Notes: generated by a model not told the origin, from the letters alone. Counted from the first letter of the stretch, positions 18,964-28,117 are shown. The stretch is DNA of 64,000 bases from Candidatus Deferrimicrobiaceae bacterium (GCA_036504035.1 DASXVV010000011.1:9611-73610), one strand, 5' to 3'. Translations and numbers: made by a program.

Positions 18964-20048
18964 TCGACCACCTCCACGACGATGTCGATCGACTTCACCT
19001 TGTCGCCTTCCTTCAGCCGGACCGCGTGATCTTCGTTGCCGTCGTACTTCCCGAGAAGGTCGCCTTTTTCGGCCGGCCCGCCGATGGTGTTGCGCGCCCC
19101 GACGAAATACTCGCCGCCGCCCGAGAGCTGGATCGCGTAAGCGCCGTCGGCACCTGTGCGAGGGGAAATGAAATCGGGCTTCTGGGTCATCATCGCGTCG
19201 CGGTAGGCCGCCGCGTAGACGCCCTTGACCGGCTTGCCGTCCTTGTCGCGCACGACGCCCGAGATCATCGTCTCGCCCGCCTTGACGGTGCCGCCCAGCG
19301 TGACGCCCTCGCCGCCCTCCTTGACCTTGACGAGCTTGTTGACGGCGCTGATCGAGATCACGGTATAGCCGTCCTTGTCGACGCCGACCGGGTTGTCGTG
19401 CGCGTAGCCGAAGAAATCGCCGCCCCCGAGCGGCCCCATCTTGTCGTCGCCCGCCCGCTTGCGCGCCACGACGTAGTAGCTGCCCGGCTCGAGATTGAAC
19501 GAGAACTCGCCTTTGCCGTTGGTCAGCCCCGAGGCGTAGCCGATGCCACGGAAGATGGTCTCGCCATCCTGGTAGAGCGTCACGCGCGCGCGGTCGAGCG
19601 GCTTGCCGTCGGCCAGCACCTTGCCCCGGATGCCCGTGCCGCCCGCCTGCTTCCGCGCGCCGACGTCGATGACCTCGCTGCAGTTGATGCCGATGGCGAT
19701 CGACTCGCCATCGCCCACGACGACCGGGTTTCCGCCGTAATAGGCGAAGTGGTCGCCGGGCTTGACGGCCGCCGCCGTCCCGTTGACCAGCTTTCGGGCG
19801 AGGACGTAGTAGCGCCCCTTGGGCAGGTTGACTTCGAACAGGCCGTCGTCCCCGGTGGGCTTCGACTCGAAAGCGGGCTTTCCGTGGAAGCCGCCCTCGT
19901 ATCCCGAATAGAAGGAGACGACCGCGCCCGCGAGCGCCTTCCCCTGCGCATTGACCTTGCCCTTGACCGTCCCGCCGCCCGCCGCCCCGGCGCATAGCGG
20001 TAATGCCAACAACAAGAGCGCCAGCGCCCAGCCAGTAAAATGCTTCAT
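18960..20048 (-). CDS. Lipoprotein/secreted protein with three carboxypeptidase-regulatory-like domains
   Basis: Start at MKHFTGWALALLLLALPLCAGAAGG. Repeats include LPKGRYYVLARK and LEPGSYYVVARKRAG. ATGA overlap at 20045-20048. Confidence 0.55.
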   Translation of the reverse strand: MKHFTGWALALLLLALPLCAGAAGGGTVKGKVNAQGKALAGAVVSFYSGYEGGFHGKPAFESKPTGDDGLFEVNLPKGRYYVLARKLVNGTAAAVKPGDHFAYYGGNPVVVGDGESIAIGINCSEVIDVGARKQAGGTGIRGKVLADGKPLDRARVTLYQDGETIFRGIGYASGLTNGKGEFSFNLEPGSYYVVARKRAGDDKMGPLGGGDFFGYAHDNPVGVDKDGYTVISISAVNKLVKVKEGGEGVTLGGTVKAGETMISGVVRDKDGKPVKGVYAAAYRDAMMTQKPDFISPRTGADGAYAIQLSGGGEYFVGARNTIGGPAEKGDLLGKYDGNEDHAVRLKEGDKVKSIDIVVEVVE

Positions 20049-21490
20049 TTCGCCCGATCCTCTCTTTGTGCATCCGGGACGCCCGTGCCTGGAATCCGGG
20101 ACGTTTTCCAATCTTTATAGTTTATCCGATCCTGGAGATATTCTCCGGGATACCCCTCGTAGGTCCGGGTCGGCACATCGTAGCCGTCGACCAGCGAACC
20201 GATGTTTGCCGCAGGCCCCTTGGCCGCCATCTCGGCGGTGTCTTTCTCCCCCCACCAGTTGCCGGTCGCTTCGATGGTCCCCTCCCCCACCGGGACGTCG
20301 TTCTCCTCCTGCGTGGCCTTCGTTCCCGCAACCATTCCCTTCCCTTGCCCGGCCTGGGTCCTGGAGCGGGCAAACGCTCCCCTTCCCGGTTTCCGGCCGA
20401 CCCGCACTTCCCAGTCGTGCGACATGTTGTCCAGCTTGACCTGGATGTCATTTTTGTCGAAGTTGTTGCCATTGATGCGGGCATAGGACGACAGCGTCAG
20501 GTAGACGCCGGTCTCGTTCCGGGAGAAGTCGTTCGAGGCGATCCTCGGCGCGGACATCTGGGAGCACGCGATCCCGTTCTGGTTGCCGACAAGGCGGTTC
20601 TGGACGATGTCGGGGCTGGACGACCTGAAGCAGAAGATGCCGGCCCCGTTATTGTCGAACACGTTGCCCTCGATCTTGGGCGAGGAAAAATTCTCGATCC
20701 ACAAGCCGGTCGCATTGCGGAACAAATGATTACCCCGGACCGCCATCCCGTTTCCCACGTTGTTCAGCGCGATCCCGACGGTGCAGTTGTCGATCCGGTT
20801 CCCCTCGGGCGCGGGTGCGGGAGACCCGAAACTGATGCCGCTGTTGCATTCGCCGATGGCATTGCCCGAAATGACGGGGGCCGAGTTCCGTTGCGCGATG
20901 ATGCCGGACTTGTCGCACTTCCGGATGGTGTTGCCGACGATCGAAGGGGTGGAGCCTATCTGGCAATCGATCCCGTGCGTCGACATGTCGGTGATCGTGT
21001 TCTTCGAGATGTTCCCCGACATGTCCTTCCCGATGAAGACGCCGGTGATCATCCTCCGGATCGTGCACTCCGATATTTCGGGAGCACCGCCGTGGACCTG
21101 GACCGTCTCTGCATCGGTCACGACCGCCCGGTGCAGCACGCTGTTGTCGCCGGGCCCCGCGAGCAACAGGCCTTTCCAGTCGCCCCGCGCGGGGGCCGGT
21201 TCGGCGGATCCGAAGCGGATCGGCCGGTCGGAAGTGCCGACGGCCGACAGGATCCCCGACACTTCGAGCCCGGTCCCCTTGACGAAAAGGATCTCGGCGC
21301 CCGGGCGGATGGTCAGCCGGACGCCCGCCCTGACGGCCACGGTTTGCTCTACGAGCACGCGACCTTCCCATACGGCATCGTTGTCGATCGGGCCGGATAT
21401 CTTTCGGACTGGCCGATCATCGGCGGCGGCCGCCAACATCGCAACCGCCATCGCCAAAAAGGCCGCTCCCCATGCCAACCAATGCCTCAT
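20045..21490 (-). CDS. Periplasmic NosD-like parallel beta-helix (PbH1) repeat protein
   Basis: Start at MRHWLAWGAAFLAMAVAMLAAAA. More than ten consecutive ~22-aa PbH1 repeats (..IS.N.I....GI..), plus GNWWG. Confidence 0.65.
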   Translation of the reverse strand: MRHWLAWGAAFLAMAVAMLAAAADDRPVRKISGPIDNDAVWEGRVLVEQTVAVRAGVRLTIRPGAEILFVKGTGLEVSGILSAVGTSDRPIRFGSAEPAPARGDWKGLLLAGPGDNSVLHRAVVTDAETVQVHGGAPEISECTIRRMITGVFIGKDMSGNISKNTITDMSTHGIDCQIGSTPSIVGNTIRKCDKSGIIAQRNSAPVISGNAIGECNSGISFGSPAPAPEGNRIDNCTVGIALNNVGNGMAVRGNHLFRNATGLWIENFSSPKIEGNVFDNNGAGIFCFRSSSPDIVQNRLVGNQNGIACSQMSAPRIASNDFSRNETGVYLTLSSYARINGNNFDKNDIQVKLDNMSHDWEVRVGRKPGRGAFARSRTQAGQGKGMVAGTKATQEENDVPVGEGTIEATGNWWGEKDTAEMAAKGPAANIGSLVDGYDVPTRTYEGYPGEYLQDRINYKDWKTSRIPGTGVPDAQREDRAK

Positions 21491-22551
21491 CGATCGCCTC
21501 CCGAGCGTGTGAGCATATAGACATGCCCGTCGCGCGACCCGCACAAGACAGACCCGGACGGCCCCGGCGCTACCGCCTGAACGGCGCCCCCGGCCGCGAA
21601 CCGCGCGCGCTCGCGTCCGGTCGCGGGGTCGAGAAAATACACGCCGCCCCCGTTGTCCCCGAACACGACCGACCCGCCCGCGAGCACCGGCGACGAATAG
21701 ATCGGCCCGGCGGCCCGGAAGGTCCATGCGGACGACCCGTCGGCCGGGCGCAGGGCGTGAAGCATCCCGTCGCAGTCGCCGATGAACAGCAACCCTTCGA
21801 CGAGGAGCGGCGCGGAATATTCGATCCGGCTCCCGGTGTCCCGGATCCAGGCGACGCGCCCGCTCCCGGCGTCGACGCAGAAGATCTTTCCGTTCCGGCA
21901 ACCGAAATAGACGCGACCGCCGTACGCGACCGGCCCGCTGTTGACCGCATCGCCCGCGCCGAACCGCCAGCGCATCGCGCCCGTGGCGGGATCGAACGCG
22001 TAGAGGAATCCGTCGCCGGAGCCCGCGAAGCCCGCGGGATCGGGCCGGCATCGGATCGGGCCGCCCGTCGGCAGTTCCCACGCCTTCCGGCCCGAAGCGC
22101 TGTCGAGCGCGTACACGATCCCGTCGAACCCGCCGACCAGCACGTTATTCCCGGCAAGGACGGGGCTGGATTGGCGATGGTCGTCGAACGCCGAGGGGGG
22201 CATCTCGAAGGACCAGGAAAGTCGGCCGGAAAGGCCGTCAAGGCAGAACAAGCGCCGGTTCCAGGCGCAGGCGTAGACCATCCCGCGCGCAGCCAGCGGC
22301 GCCGAATCGATGAAATCTCCCGCATCGAAGGACCATCGCATGCGTCCCGTTTCCGTGTCCAGCGCGTAGAGGGAATGGTCCCACGACCCGGCGTAGACGA
22401 GATCGCCGGCCAAGGCCGGTGCCGAGTCGACGAAGCCGCCGGTCCCGAATCTCCAGAGTTCCTTCACCGTGCAGGAGGCCGGGGACGACGCCTTGAGCGT
22501 ACAGGCCGCCAAGAAAAGGATCGCAATGAGTGAGGGAAGACGATGCGTCAA
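21487..22551 (-). CDS. PQQ-like beta-propeller repeat lipoprotein (BamB-like fold)
   Basis: A TTG start gives M-THRLPSLIAILFLAACT with lipobox LAAC. Repeated G.VYAGS.D..LYALD..TG..RW motifs. ATGA overlap with the downstream gene. Confidence 0.6.
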   Translation of the reverse strand: MTHRLPSLIAILFLAACTLKASSPASCTVKELWRFGTGGFVDSAPALAGDLVYAGSWDHSLYALDTETGRMRWSFDAGDFIDSAPLAARGMVYACAWNRRLFCLDGLSGRLSWSFEMPPSAFDDHRQSSPVLAGNNVLVGGFDGIVYALDSASGRKAWELPTGGPIRCRPDPAGFAGSGDGFLYAFDPATGAMRWRFGAGDAVNSGPVAYGGRVYFGCRNGKIFCVDAGSGRVAWIRDTGSRIEYSAPLLVEGLLFIGDCDGMLHALRPADGSSAWTFRAAGPIYSSPVLAGGSVVFGDNGGGVYFLDPATGRERARFAAGGAVQAVAPGPSGSVLCGSRDGHVYMLTRSGGDR

Positions 22552-22628
22552 GGAAGAGAACCTACCCGGCTCAGGGACTAGGTGCGTTTCTAACAAGATA
22601 CCACTTCCCGGGCCGTTGCGTCGGGGCC

Positions 22629-23735
22629 TCACCGGACCTCGGAGACCTCGACATCGAAACCGGTAAGCCGGTCGCCGCCGCGGATCTTGACCGAATGCGC
22701 GGCATTCCCCTCGTACCGGCCGTAGAAGTCGCCCGGCACCGGGGAGCCGCCGTAGCCGCTGCGGGCGCCGAGGTAATAGTTCCCGGGGATCGGCACCGGC
22801 AGCCGGTAACGGCCGTCGTCACCCGTGACCTCGGAGATGAAGATCGGCCGGTTGAGCAGGTCGGGGTTGTCGTAGAGCGCCGCATAGATCCCGCGCCGGG
22901 GCCTGCCGTCCAAACCGAGGATGCGCCCCTCGATGAAGGACGGGGCGGCGGCGGACGCGGAATAGGTGGGCGTGTTCCTCAGCCGGAGCGTCGTCGCAGG
23001 GAGCGTGACCCGAAGCGGGTCGCCCGGGACGACGTCGACCGGGTTCCCCGGGTAATAGCCGAACGCGTCACCCTTGCGCAGCGGCCCGGCGATTCCGCCG
23101 GAGGCGCGCTTGCGCGCGACCAGGTAATAACGCCCCGGCGGAAGGTCGAGGAAGAAGGCGCCGTCGACCCCGGTCGGCGCCGAAGCGGCGAAGCCCATGT
23201 CGCGGAAGGCGGTGTCGGTCCGGAGGTAGGCGAAAACATGCGCATCGGCCAGCGGGGCGCCGTCGGCCAGCACCACGCCCGACACGCCGGCTGCCGTCGT
23301 CTCCTCTCCTGCCGCGGCAGGGGGCGGCCCGACGGCCTCGACCAGGCCGAGGAAGATCTCGCGGGGAGGCCCCGCGGAAAGGTAGACGGGGTTGCCGCCG
23401 AAGAAGGAGAAGCGGTCGCCCGGCTGGACGGGCCTGGCGTAGTTGCCGTCCTTGCGCCAGTGGGCCATCAAAAAATACCGGCCGGGCGGGATCGCGGAAC
23501 GGGCGATGCCGTCGGGCCCGGTCGATGCCGACCGGACGGCGCCGGGATCGTCGGGCGAGATGCCGGCACGCCATTCGACACGGGCGCCGGCGATCGGCGC
23601 CTCTTGCCAGGCGACCCGGACCGCGACCTCGACCGGCAGGTCGCCGTGCGCGGCGCGAAGCGTGGATCGGCCGGCGCAACCGGCGAGAGAGAGCGCCAGG
23701 ACGATCAGGATCCCGGTGCTGAGGCCCTTGCGCAA
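22629..23735 (-). CDS. Lipoprotein with three carboxypeptidase-regulatory-like domains
   Basis: MRKGLSTGILIVLALSLAGCAG (lipobox). Repeats include IPPGRYFLMAHWRKDG and LPPGRYYLVARKRASGG. Confidence 0.55.
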   Translation of the reverse strand: MRKGLSTGILIVLALSLAGCAGRSTLRAAHGDLPVEVAVRVAWQEAPIAGARVEWRAGISPDDPGAVRSASTGPDGIARSAIPPGRYFLMAHWRKDGNYARPVQPGDRFSFFGGNPVYLSAGPPREIFLGLVEAVGPPPAAAGEETTAAGVSGVVLADGAPLADAHVFAYLRTDTAFRDMGFAASAPTGVDGAFFLDLPPGRYYLVARKRASGGIAGPLRKGDAFGYYPGNPVDVVPGDPLRVTLPATTLRLRNTPTYSASAAAPSFIEGRILGLDGRPRRGIYAALYDNPDLLNRPIFISEVTGDDGRYRLPVPIPGNYYLGARSGYGGSPVPGDFYGRYEGNAAHSVKIRGGDRLTGFDVEVSEVR

Positions 23736-23742
23736 GCGACGT

Positions 23743-24492
23743 CTACCAGACCCGGAACACCATGATGTCGATGCCTTCCTTGCGCTCGCCGTCCTTGAGG
23801 ACGACGCCGGTCGGATTGATCGAGCCCTCGTCGTAGCGCCCGTAGAGATCGCCGATGCGGGGCGGGCCGCCGAAGCGGTCGCGCGCGGCCAGGTAATAGG
23901 TGCCGCCTTTCGGCAGGAAGATGACGAACTTCCCGTCGGGGCCGGTCCGCTCGCTCACGTACTTGGGACGCTCGGACATCTGCACGTAAGTGTATGCATG
24001 GACCCGGGTCCCCTGCACCGGGTTGCCCTCGGAGTCGCGGACCGTTCCGGCTACCGCGGTGGTCCATTCCTTCGGGGGGATGAAGGAGGACTTGTACTCG
24101 GCATCTTCCTTGACGTTCATCACGAGGTTGAGGACGATCTTGCCGTCGGTGCCGACCTTGATGTCGACCGGCTCGCTGCGGCGGTCGCCGGCGACCAGCG
24201 GCCCGCCGTTCTCGTTGGTGGCGCGGCGGCGGGCGACGACCGTGTACTCGCCGGGCGGCAGCTCGACCGAGAAGGCGCCGTCCGCCAGCGTCGAGAGCGG
24301 AGTGATCACCTCGGCCGGGCCATGGGGCGTGACGCCCTTCTTGTAGACATAGAGATACGCATTGTCGGCGGGGGCGAAGATGGTGCCGGTTAAGCCGGGC
24401 CTGCCGGCGACCTTGGGGGTCGCGCACCCCTCGATCATGAACGCGGCCATCAGGACCATGGCGGCGGTGAACAGCGTCGAGCGAACCTTCAT
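23743..24492 (-). CDS. Lipoprotein with carboxypeptidase-regulatory-like domains
   Basis: The true start is MKVRSTLFTAAMVLMAAFMIEGCAT. Repeats include LPPGEYTVVARRRAT and LPKGGTYYLAARDRFGG. The upstream part of the 542-aa ORF is artefact. Confidence 0.5.
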   Translation of the reverse strand: MKVRSTLFTAAMVLMAAFMIEGCATPKVAGRPGLTGTIFAPADNAYLYVYKKGVTPHGPAEVITPLSTLADGAFSVELPPGEYTVVARRRATNENGGPLVAGDRRSEPVDIKVGTDGKIVLNLVMNVKEDAEYKSSFIPPKEWTTAVAGTVRDSEGNPVQGTRVHAYTYVQMSERPKYVSERTGPDGKFVIFLPKGGTYYLAARDRFGGPPRIGDLYGRYDEGSINPTGVVLKDGERKEGIDIMVFRVW

Positions 24493-24512
24493 CCGGGGAA
24501 CCTCCTTATGGA

Positions 24513-25481
24513 TCAACCGTAGAACGCCTGGAACAGGTAGCCGCTGGCCAACGCCGCCGTCATGCCGACGGCCAGGTAGAGAACGAATGCCCGCCGCTCG
24601 TAGACGCCCGCCAGCGTCGCCAGCGCCGGGATGCTGGTGACGGGGCCGCCGACCAGCATGGCCATCCCCGCCCCCGGGCTCATGCCGGTGGCCAGCAACC
24701 CCTTGATGATGGCCGGTGCGGCCATCTGGTGAACCGGCAAGGGCACGGACAGGAGCGTCGCGAACAGGATCGACAGCGCCGACCGGCGCCCAAGAACGGG
24801 TTCGACCAGATTCAGCGGCAGGTAAAAGGTGATCAGCGCCTGGATGACCAGCGCGGCGAGCAGGAACTTGCCCACCTCGAACGCCATGTCGCGGAACCGT
24901 TCGAGGAAGAAGACGAACCGGTTCCCCCGGTCGTGCACATGCCCCTCGTGGCCGTCGGCGCTCTTGAAGCAACCGGCGTTCACGATGTCTTCGAAGCCGG
25001 GGCGGACCTTGCCGTCGCGGGCATACATTTTCTCGACCATGAAGCTGGTACTTGAAAGGACGCCGCGGGATGACAGCCACCGCGCCGTGAATCCTGCGGA
25101 AAGGCCGACCATGGCCGCGATCGCGAGTTTCCACAACGCCCACACCCAGCCGAGCTGCCCGACGGTCAGGATGAAAGCATCGGGCGCCATGAGGGGCGAG
25201 GTGATGAGGAGCGCCAGCACCGGTGCAATTGGGACGCCCGCCGCCGACAGCGCGATCACGACGGGCATGATGCCGCAGGAGCACAGTGGGGAAACGAGCC
25301 CGGCGCCGACGGCCACGAAGATGGCGGCCCGGTCGTACCGGATGAGCGAGGCCCTGATTCGCCGGTCCCATTTGAAGGTTTTTATGAGGGCTGCGAAGAC
25401 GACGCCGCCGAGATAATAAGGCCAGAGCGTCCGGGCCTGGGCCAGGAAAAGGTCTTTGATGATCGGAAGGTCGTTAAGCAC
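24513..25481 (-). CDS. DUF318/ArsP-like permease
   Basis: 322-aa polytopic membrane protein with the conserved CSCG motif (VSPLCSCGIMPV) typical of DUF318/ArsP permeases. Confidence 0.55.
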   Translation of the reverse strand: MLNDLPIIKDLFLAQARTLWPYYLGGVVFAALIKTFKWDRRIRASLIRYDRAAIFVAVGAGLVSPLCSCGIMPVVIALSAAGVPIAPVLALLITSPLMAPDAFILTVGQLGWVWALWKLAIAAMVGLSAGFTARWLSSRGVLSSTSFMVEKMYARDGKVRPGFEDIVNAGCFKSADGHEGHVHDRGNRFVFFLERFRDMAFEVGKFLLAALVIQALITFYLPLNLVEPVLGRRSALSILFATLLSVPLPVHQMAAPAIIKGLLATGMSPGAGMAMLVGGPVTSIPALATLAGVYERRAFVLYLAVGMTAALASGYLFQAFYG

Positions 25482-25487
25482 GGCCGG

Positions 25488-26450
25488 CTACCTGTAAAGA
25501 TTGTAGGGGAGCACTTTCTTCCCCTTGGCGTCGCGGTACAGCACCCGCTCGCCGGTGATGTTCTCGAGCGCCCGCGCCGACCACTCGCGCACGTTGGGGT
25601 CGGCGTCTTCGAGCGTCTTGCGCAAGGCGCCCTCGGAGGGCTTCGCGATGAGGATGCCCAGCGACCAGGCGCACTCGACGCGCACGCCAGTCTCGCCCTC
25701 GAGCAACCAACGCTCGAGCGGCGCATAGCACTTGACGGTGCCGCATTTGGACAGCGCCCGCGCCGCCGCCGCCTGGATCACAGGATCTTTTTCGGTGTCG
25801 AGGACGGCAAGCAGCGCGTCTTCGGCCCCCGTGTCCTCGATGTCCTCGAGCGCACGAAGCATCGCCTTCCGGGCCCGGCCCGACGATCCGGGGAGCGCCG
25901 AAACGATGGCCGGCGTCGACTTCTTGCCGATGTTGATGAGCGCGCGCGTGGAGGCCTTGACCACGCTCTCGGTGCGATCGGAAAGCGCCCCCACCAGCAC
26001 GGGAATGGAGCCCGGATCGCGGATCTCGCCCAATGCCCACGCCGCGATATACCGCCGCGACCGGTCGGACTTGAGCATCTCCGTCAGCCGGGGAACCGCT
26101 TCTTTGGCCCGGATCTCGCCCAACAGCCCCGCGGCCAGCTCGACCTTGGCCGGATCCGGGTCATCGAGCGCCGCCATCATCGGGGATTCGAGCTTGGGCC
26201 CCATCGCCGTCATGACGCGGATCAGCCGCTCGTTGTCTTCGGTCGCGAAATATCCCAACAATGCCCGGATCTTGCCCGGATCGCCCGCCTTTGCCTCTTC
26301 GACCGCCCGTTCGGCCTCGGGAGAGAGGGGGGTCCCCGGCATCGCTGTGTGGAGGACGCGACGCTCGCCGCCGGCCGTACCGCACGCCGCGAAGAGGAGG
26401 CAGAAGAACCCGATGCCGATCCACCGCACCCTTGACCGCGTCGACTTCAT
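25488..26450 (-). CDS. HEAT-repeat (PBS-lyase-type) lipoprotein
   Basis: MKSTRSRVRWIGIGFFCLLFAACG (lipobox). Repeated A.ALGEI.D...IP.L..AL.D motifs. Shine-Dalgarno GGAGGG. Confidence 0.55.
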   Translation of the reverse strand: MKSTRSRVRWIGIGFFCLLFAACGTAGGERRVLHTAMPGTPLSPEAERAVEEAKAGDPGKIRALLGYFATEDNERLIRVMTAMGPKLESPMMAALDDPDPAKVELAAGLLGEIRAKEAVPRLTEMLKSDRSRRYIAAWALGEIRDPGSIPVLVGALSDRTESVVKASTRALINIGKKSTPAIVSALPGSSGRARKAMLRALEDIEDTGAEDALLAVLDTEKDPVIQAAAARALSKCGTVKCYAPLERWLLEGETGVRVECAWSLGILIAKPSEGALRKTLEDADPNVREWSARALENITGERVLYRDAKGKKVLPYNLYR

Positions 26451-26460
26451 TCACCCTCCG

Positions 26461-26504
26461 CCAGAAAATGAAAAGCCCCGCCGCACGTGAACCGGCAGCG
26501 GGGC
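26461..26504 (-). terminator. Putative intrinsic terminator (minus-strand sense) downstream of the CRTAC1-like gene
   Basis: GC stem GCCCCGC...GCGGGGC at 26475-26504, followed on the minus strand by UUUUCAUUUU at 26474-26461. It lies between the stop of 26545-28065 and the start of the HEAT gene. Confidence 0.4.
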
Positions 26505-26544
26505 TAGGATCTTTCGCAGGAACCGCGTCTTGAAGGCCTTGGCG

Positions 26545-28065
26545 CTATTCGGTTTCCCGAACTTCGTAGGCCGCGCCGGCCGTGACATTTTTCGTGACCT
26601 TGATCCCGCTGGGGAACGTGACCTCGACCGTGTAGCTGCCACCCGCGGGGGCGCCGAAGTGAACTTCGAGCGGCGGGCAACTGCAGAATCCGTTGGAGGT
26701 CATCACCTGGCGGAAGCCGAGCAACTTGCCGGAGGCGTCGAACAGCTTGACGGTCGCGCCCACCGCATCGTGGCTGGACTTGGGCCGGTCGGACGGATCG
26801 GCCCAGGTCGTGCCGACGGCCTTGACCTTGATCCAGTTGCCGTCGTTCTGGTCGTTGCGGTAGAGGCGGGGGCCGACTTCCCAGTTCATCACGACCAGGT
26901 CCTGGTCGCCGTCGCCGTCGACGTCGAAGAACGCCACGCCCTTGGTGCGGATGGTCTCGAGCTTCATGGACGGGAACTTGTCGACGATATCGGTGAAGGT
27001 CAGGTTTCCGTTGTTGTGATAGAGCTGGTTCGAGAACTTGCAGTCGCCCTCGTACATGCTGAGGTAGCCGCTATGGTCGGTGTCGGCGAAGCCGGTGCCC
27101 TTGCCCCACCCGTTGTGGGCGGTGCCGGACTCTTTCGTGATGTCCTTGAACTTGCCGTTGCCCAGGTTGAGCATCATCTTGTTGCCGCCGACGTAGTTCG
27201 AGATATACATGGAGAGCCGGCCGCTGTTGTTGATGTCGCCCACGCCCGTGCCCAGCGTCCAGGCGCCGTTGGTGACGCCCGCGGTCTCGGCCACGTCGGT
27301 GAAGGTGCCGTCGTGGTTGTTGTGGTAGAGCAGGTTGCGGCCCACGCCGGGGTACCGGCCGGTGGAGACGTAGAGATCGTCCCACCCGTCGCCGTCGTAA
27401 TCGAACGCCACGGCGCTCCAGGACCAGGTGCCGGTGCCCACGCCGGCCTTGTCGGTGACGTCGACGAACTTGACGTCTTCGGGCCGTGGGCCGTTGGTCT
27501 CGTTGCGGAACAGCACGTTGTGCTGGCCCACGCCGTAGTTGGAACAGTAGATGTCGAGGCGACCGTCGTGATCATAATCGAACATCGTGGAACCGTAGGT
27601 GAACGCCTTGATGCCGGTTCCCGACGTTTCGGTGATGTCGATGAACTTCACGTGCCCGGGGGTGCTGGCGTTGAAATAGAGCCGGTTGGACTCGATCTCG
27701 TAGCGGCCGCCCTTGGCGACGTAGAGCTCGGGCTTGCCGTCGTTGTTGACGTCGCCGAAGGAAGACCCCATGGCATAGCCCGTTTCGGACAAGCCGGCCT
27801 CTTCGGTGACGTCCTTGAACTTGCCATTGCCCAGGTTAAGGTAAAGGTGGCTCGGGCCCCCTTTATTGGAAATGAAGATGTCCTGGAGGCCGTCTCCGTC
27901 GACGTCGGCGATTGCGACACCCTTGTTGCGCCCGTTTAGGGCCATGCCCGAGTCGGACGTGATGTCGACAAACGGCTCTGCCATCGAGATCGTGGCAAAC
28001 CCGGCGACAACCATGGCCGAGGCAAACGCGTACTTCCAGATTTGTGTCTGGAGTCCCATCCTCAT
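26545..28065 (-). CDS. FG-GAP/VCBS repeat protein with ASPIC/UnbV-like domain (CRTAC1 family, paralog 2)
   Basis: 506-aa ORF with a signal peptide and DVDGDG/FG-GAP repeats. Shine-Dalgarno AAGGAG; the second ATG (28059) may be the true start. Third-position GC is clearly lower than in neighbouring genes. Confidence 0.6.
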   Translation of the reverse strand: MRMGLQTQIWKYAFASAMVVAGFATISMAEPFVDITSDSGMALNGRNKGVAIADVDGDGLQDIFISNKGGPSHLYLNLGNGKFKDVTEEAGLSETGYAMGSSFGDVNNDGKPELYVAKGGRYEIESNRLYFNASTPGHVKFIDITETSGTGIKAFTYGSTMFDYDHDGRLDIYCSNYGVGQHNVLFRNETNGPRPEDVKFVDVTDKAGVGTGTWSWSAVAFDYDGDGWDDLYVSTGRYPGVGRNLLYHNNHDGTFTDVAETAGVTNGAWTLGTGVGDINNSGRLSMYISNYVGGNKMMLNLGNGKFKDITKESGTAHNGWGKGTGFADTDHSGYLSMYEGDCKFSNQLYHNNGNLTFTDIVDKFPSMKLETIRTKGVAFFDVDGDGDQDLVVMNWEVGPRLYRNDQNDGNWIKVKAVGTTWADPSDRPKSSHDAVGATVKLFDASGKLLGFRQVMTSNGFCSCPPLEVHFGAPAGGSYTVEVTFPSGIKVTKNVTAGAAYEVRETE

Positions 28066-28117
28066 CTCCTTGAAGGGGCTATGGCGTACCTGTTTCGATG
28101 TTGCTTTCCTGTTGCTG

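Noticed and set aside
15942-20073. N-terminal extensions of the 596-aa, 329-aa and 760-aa ORFs
   Set aside because: The extensions are R-rich junk preceding obvious signal-peptide starts (MAIDRRTFLK, MGILRSVIL, MMRAGWIAAG). The genes were trimmed to the internal Met with a sensible signal peptide and coupling to neighbours.
26530-27939. 469-aa plus-strand ORF opposite the second CRTAC1-like gene
   Set aside because: Gly/Val/Ala/Asp repeat artefact generated by the antisense of FG-GAP repeats. No start context.
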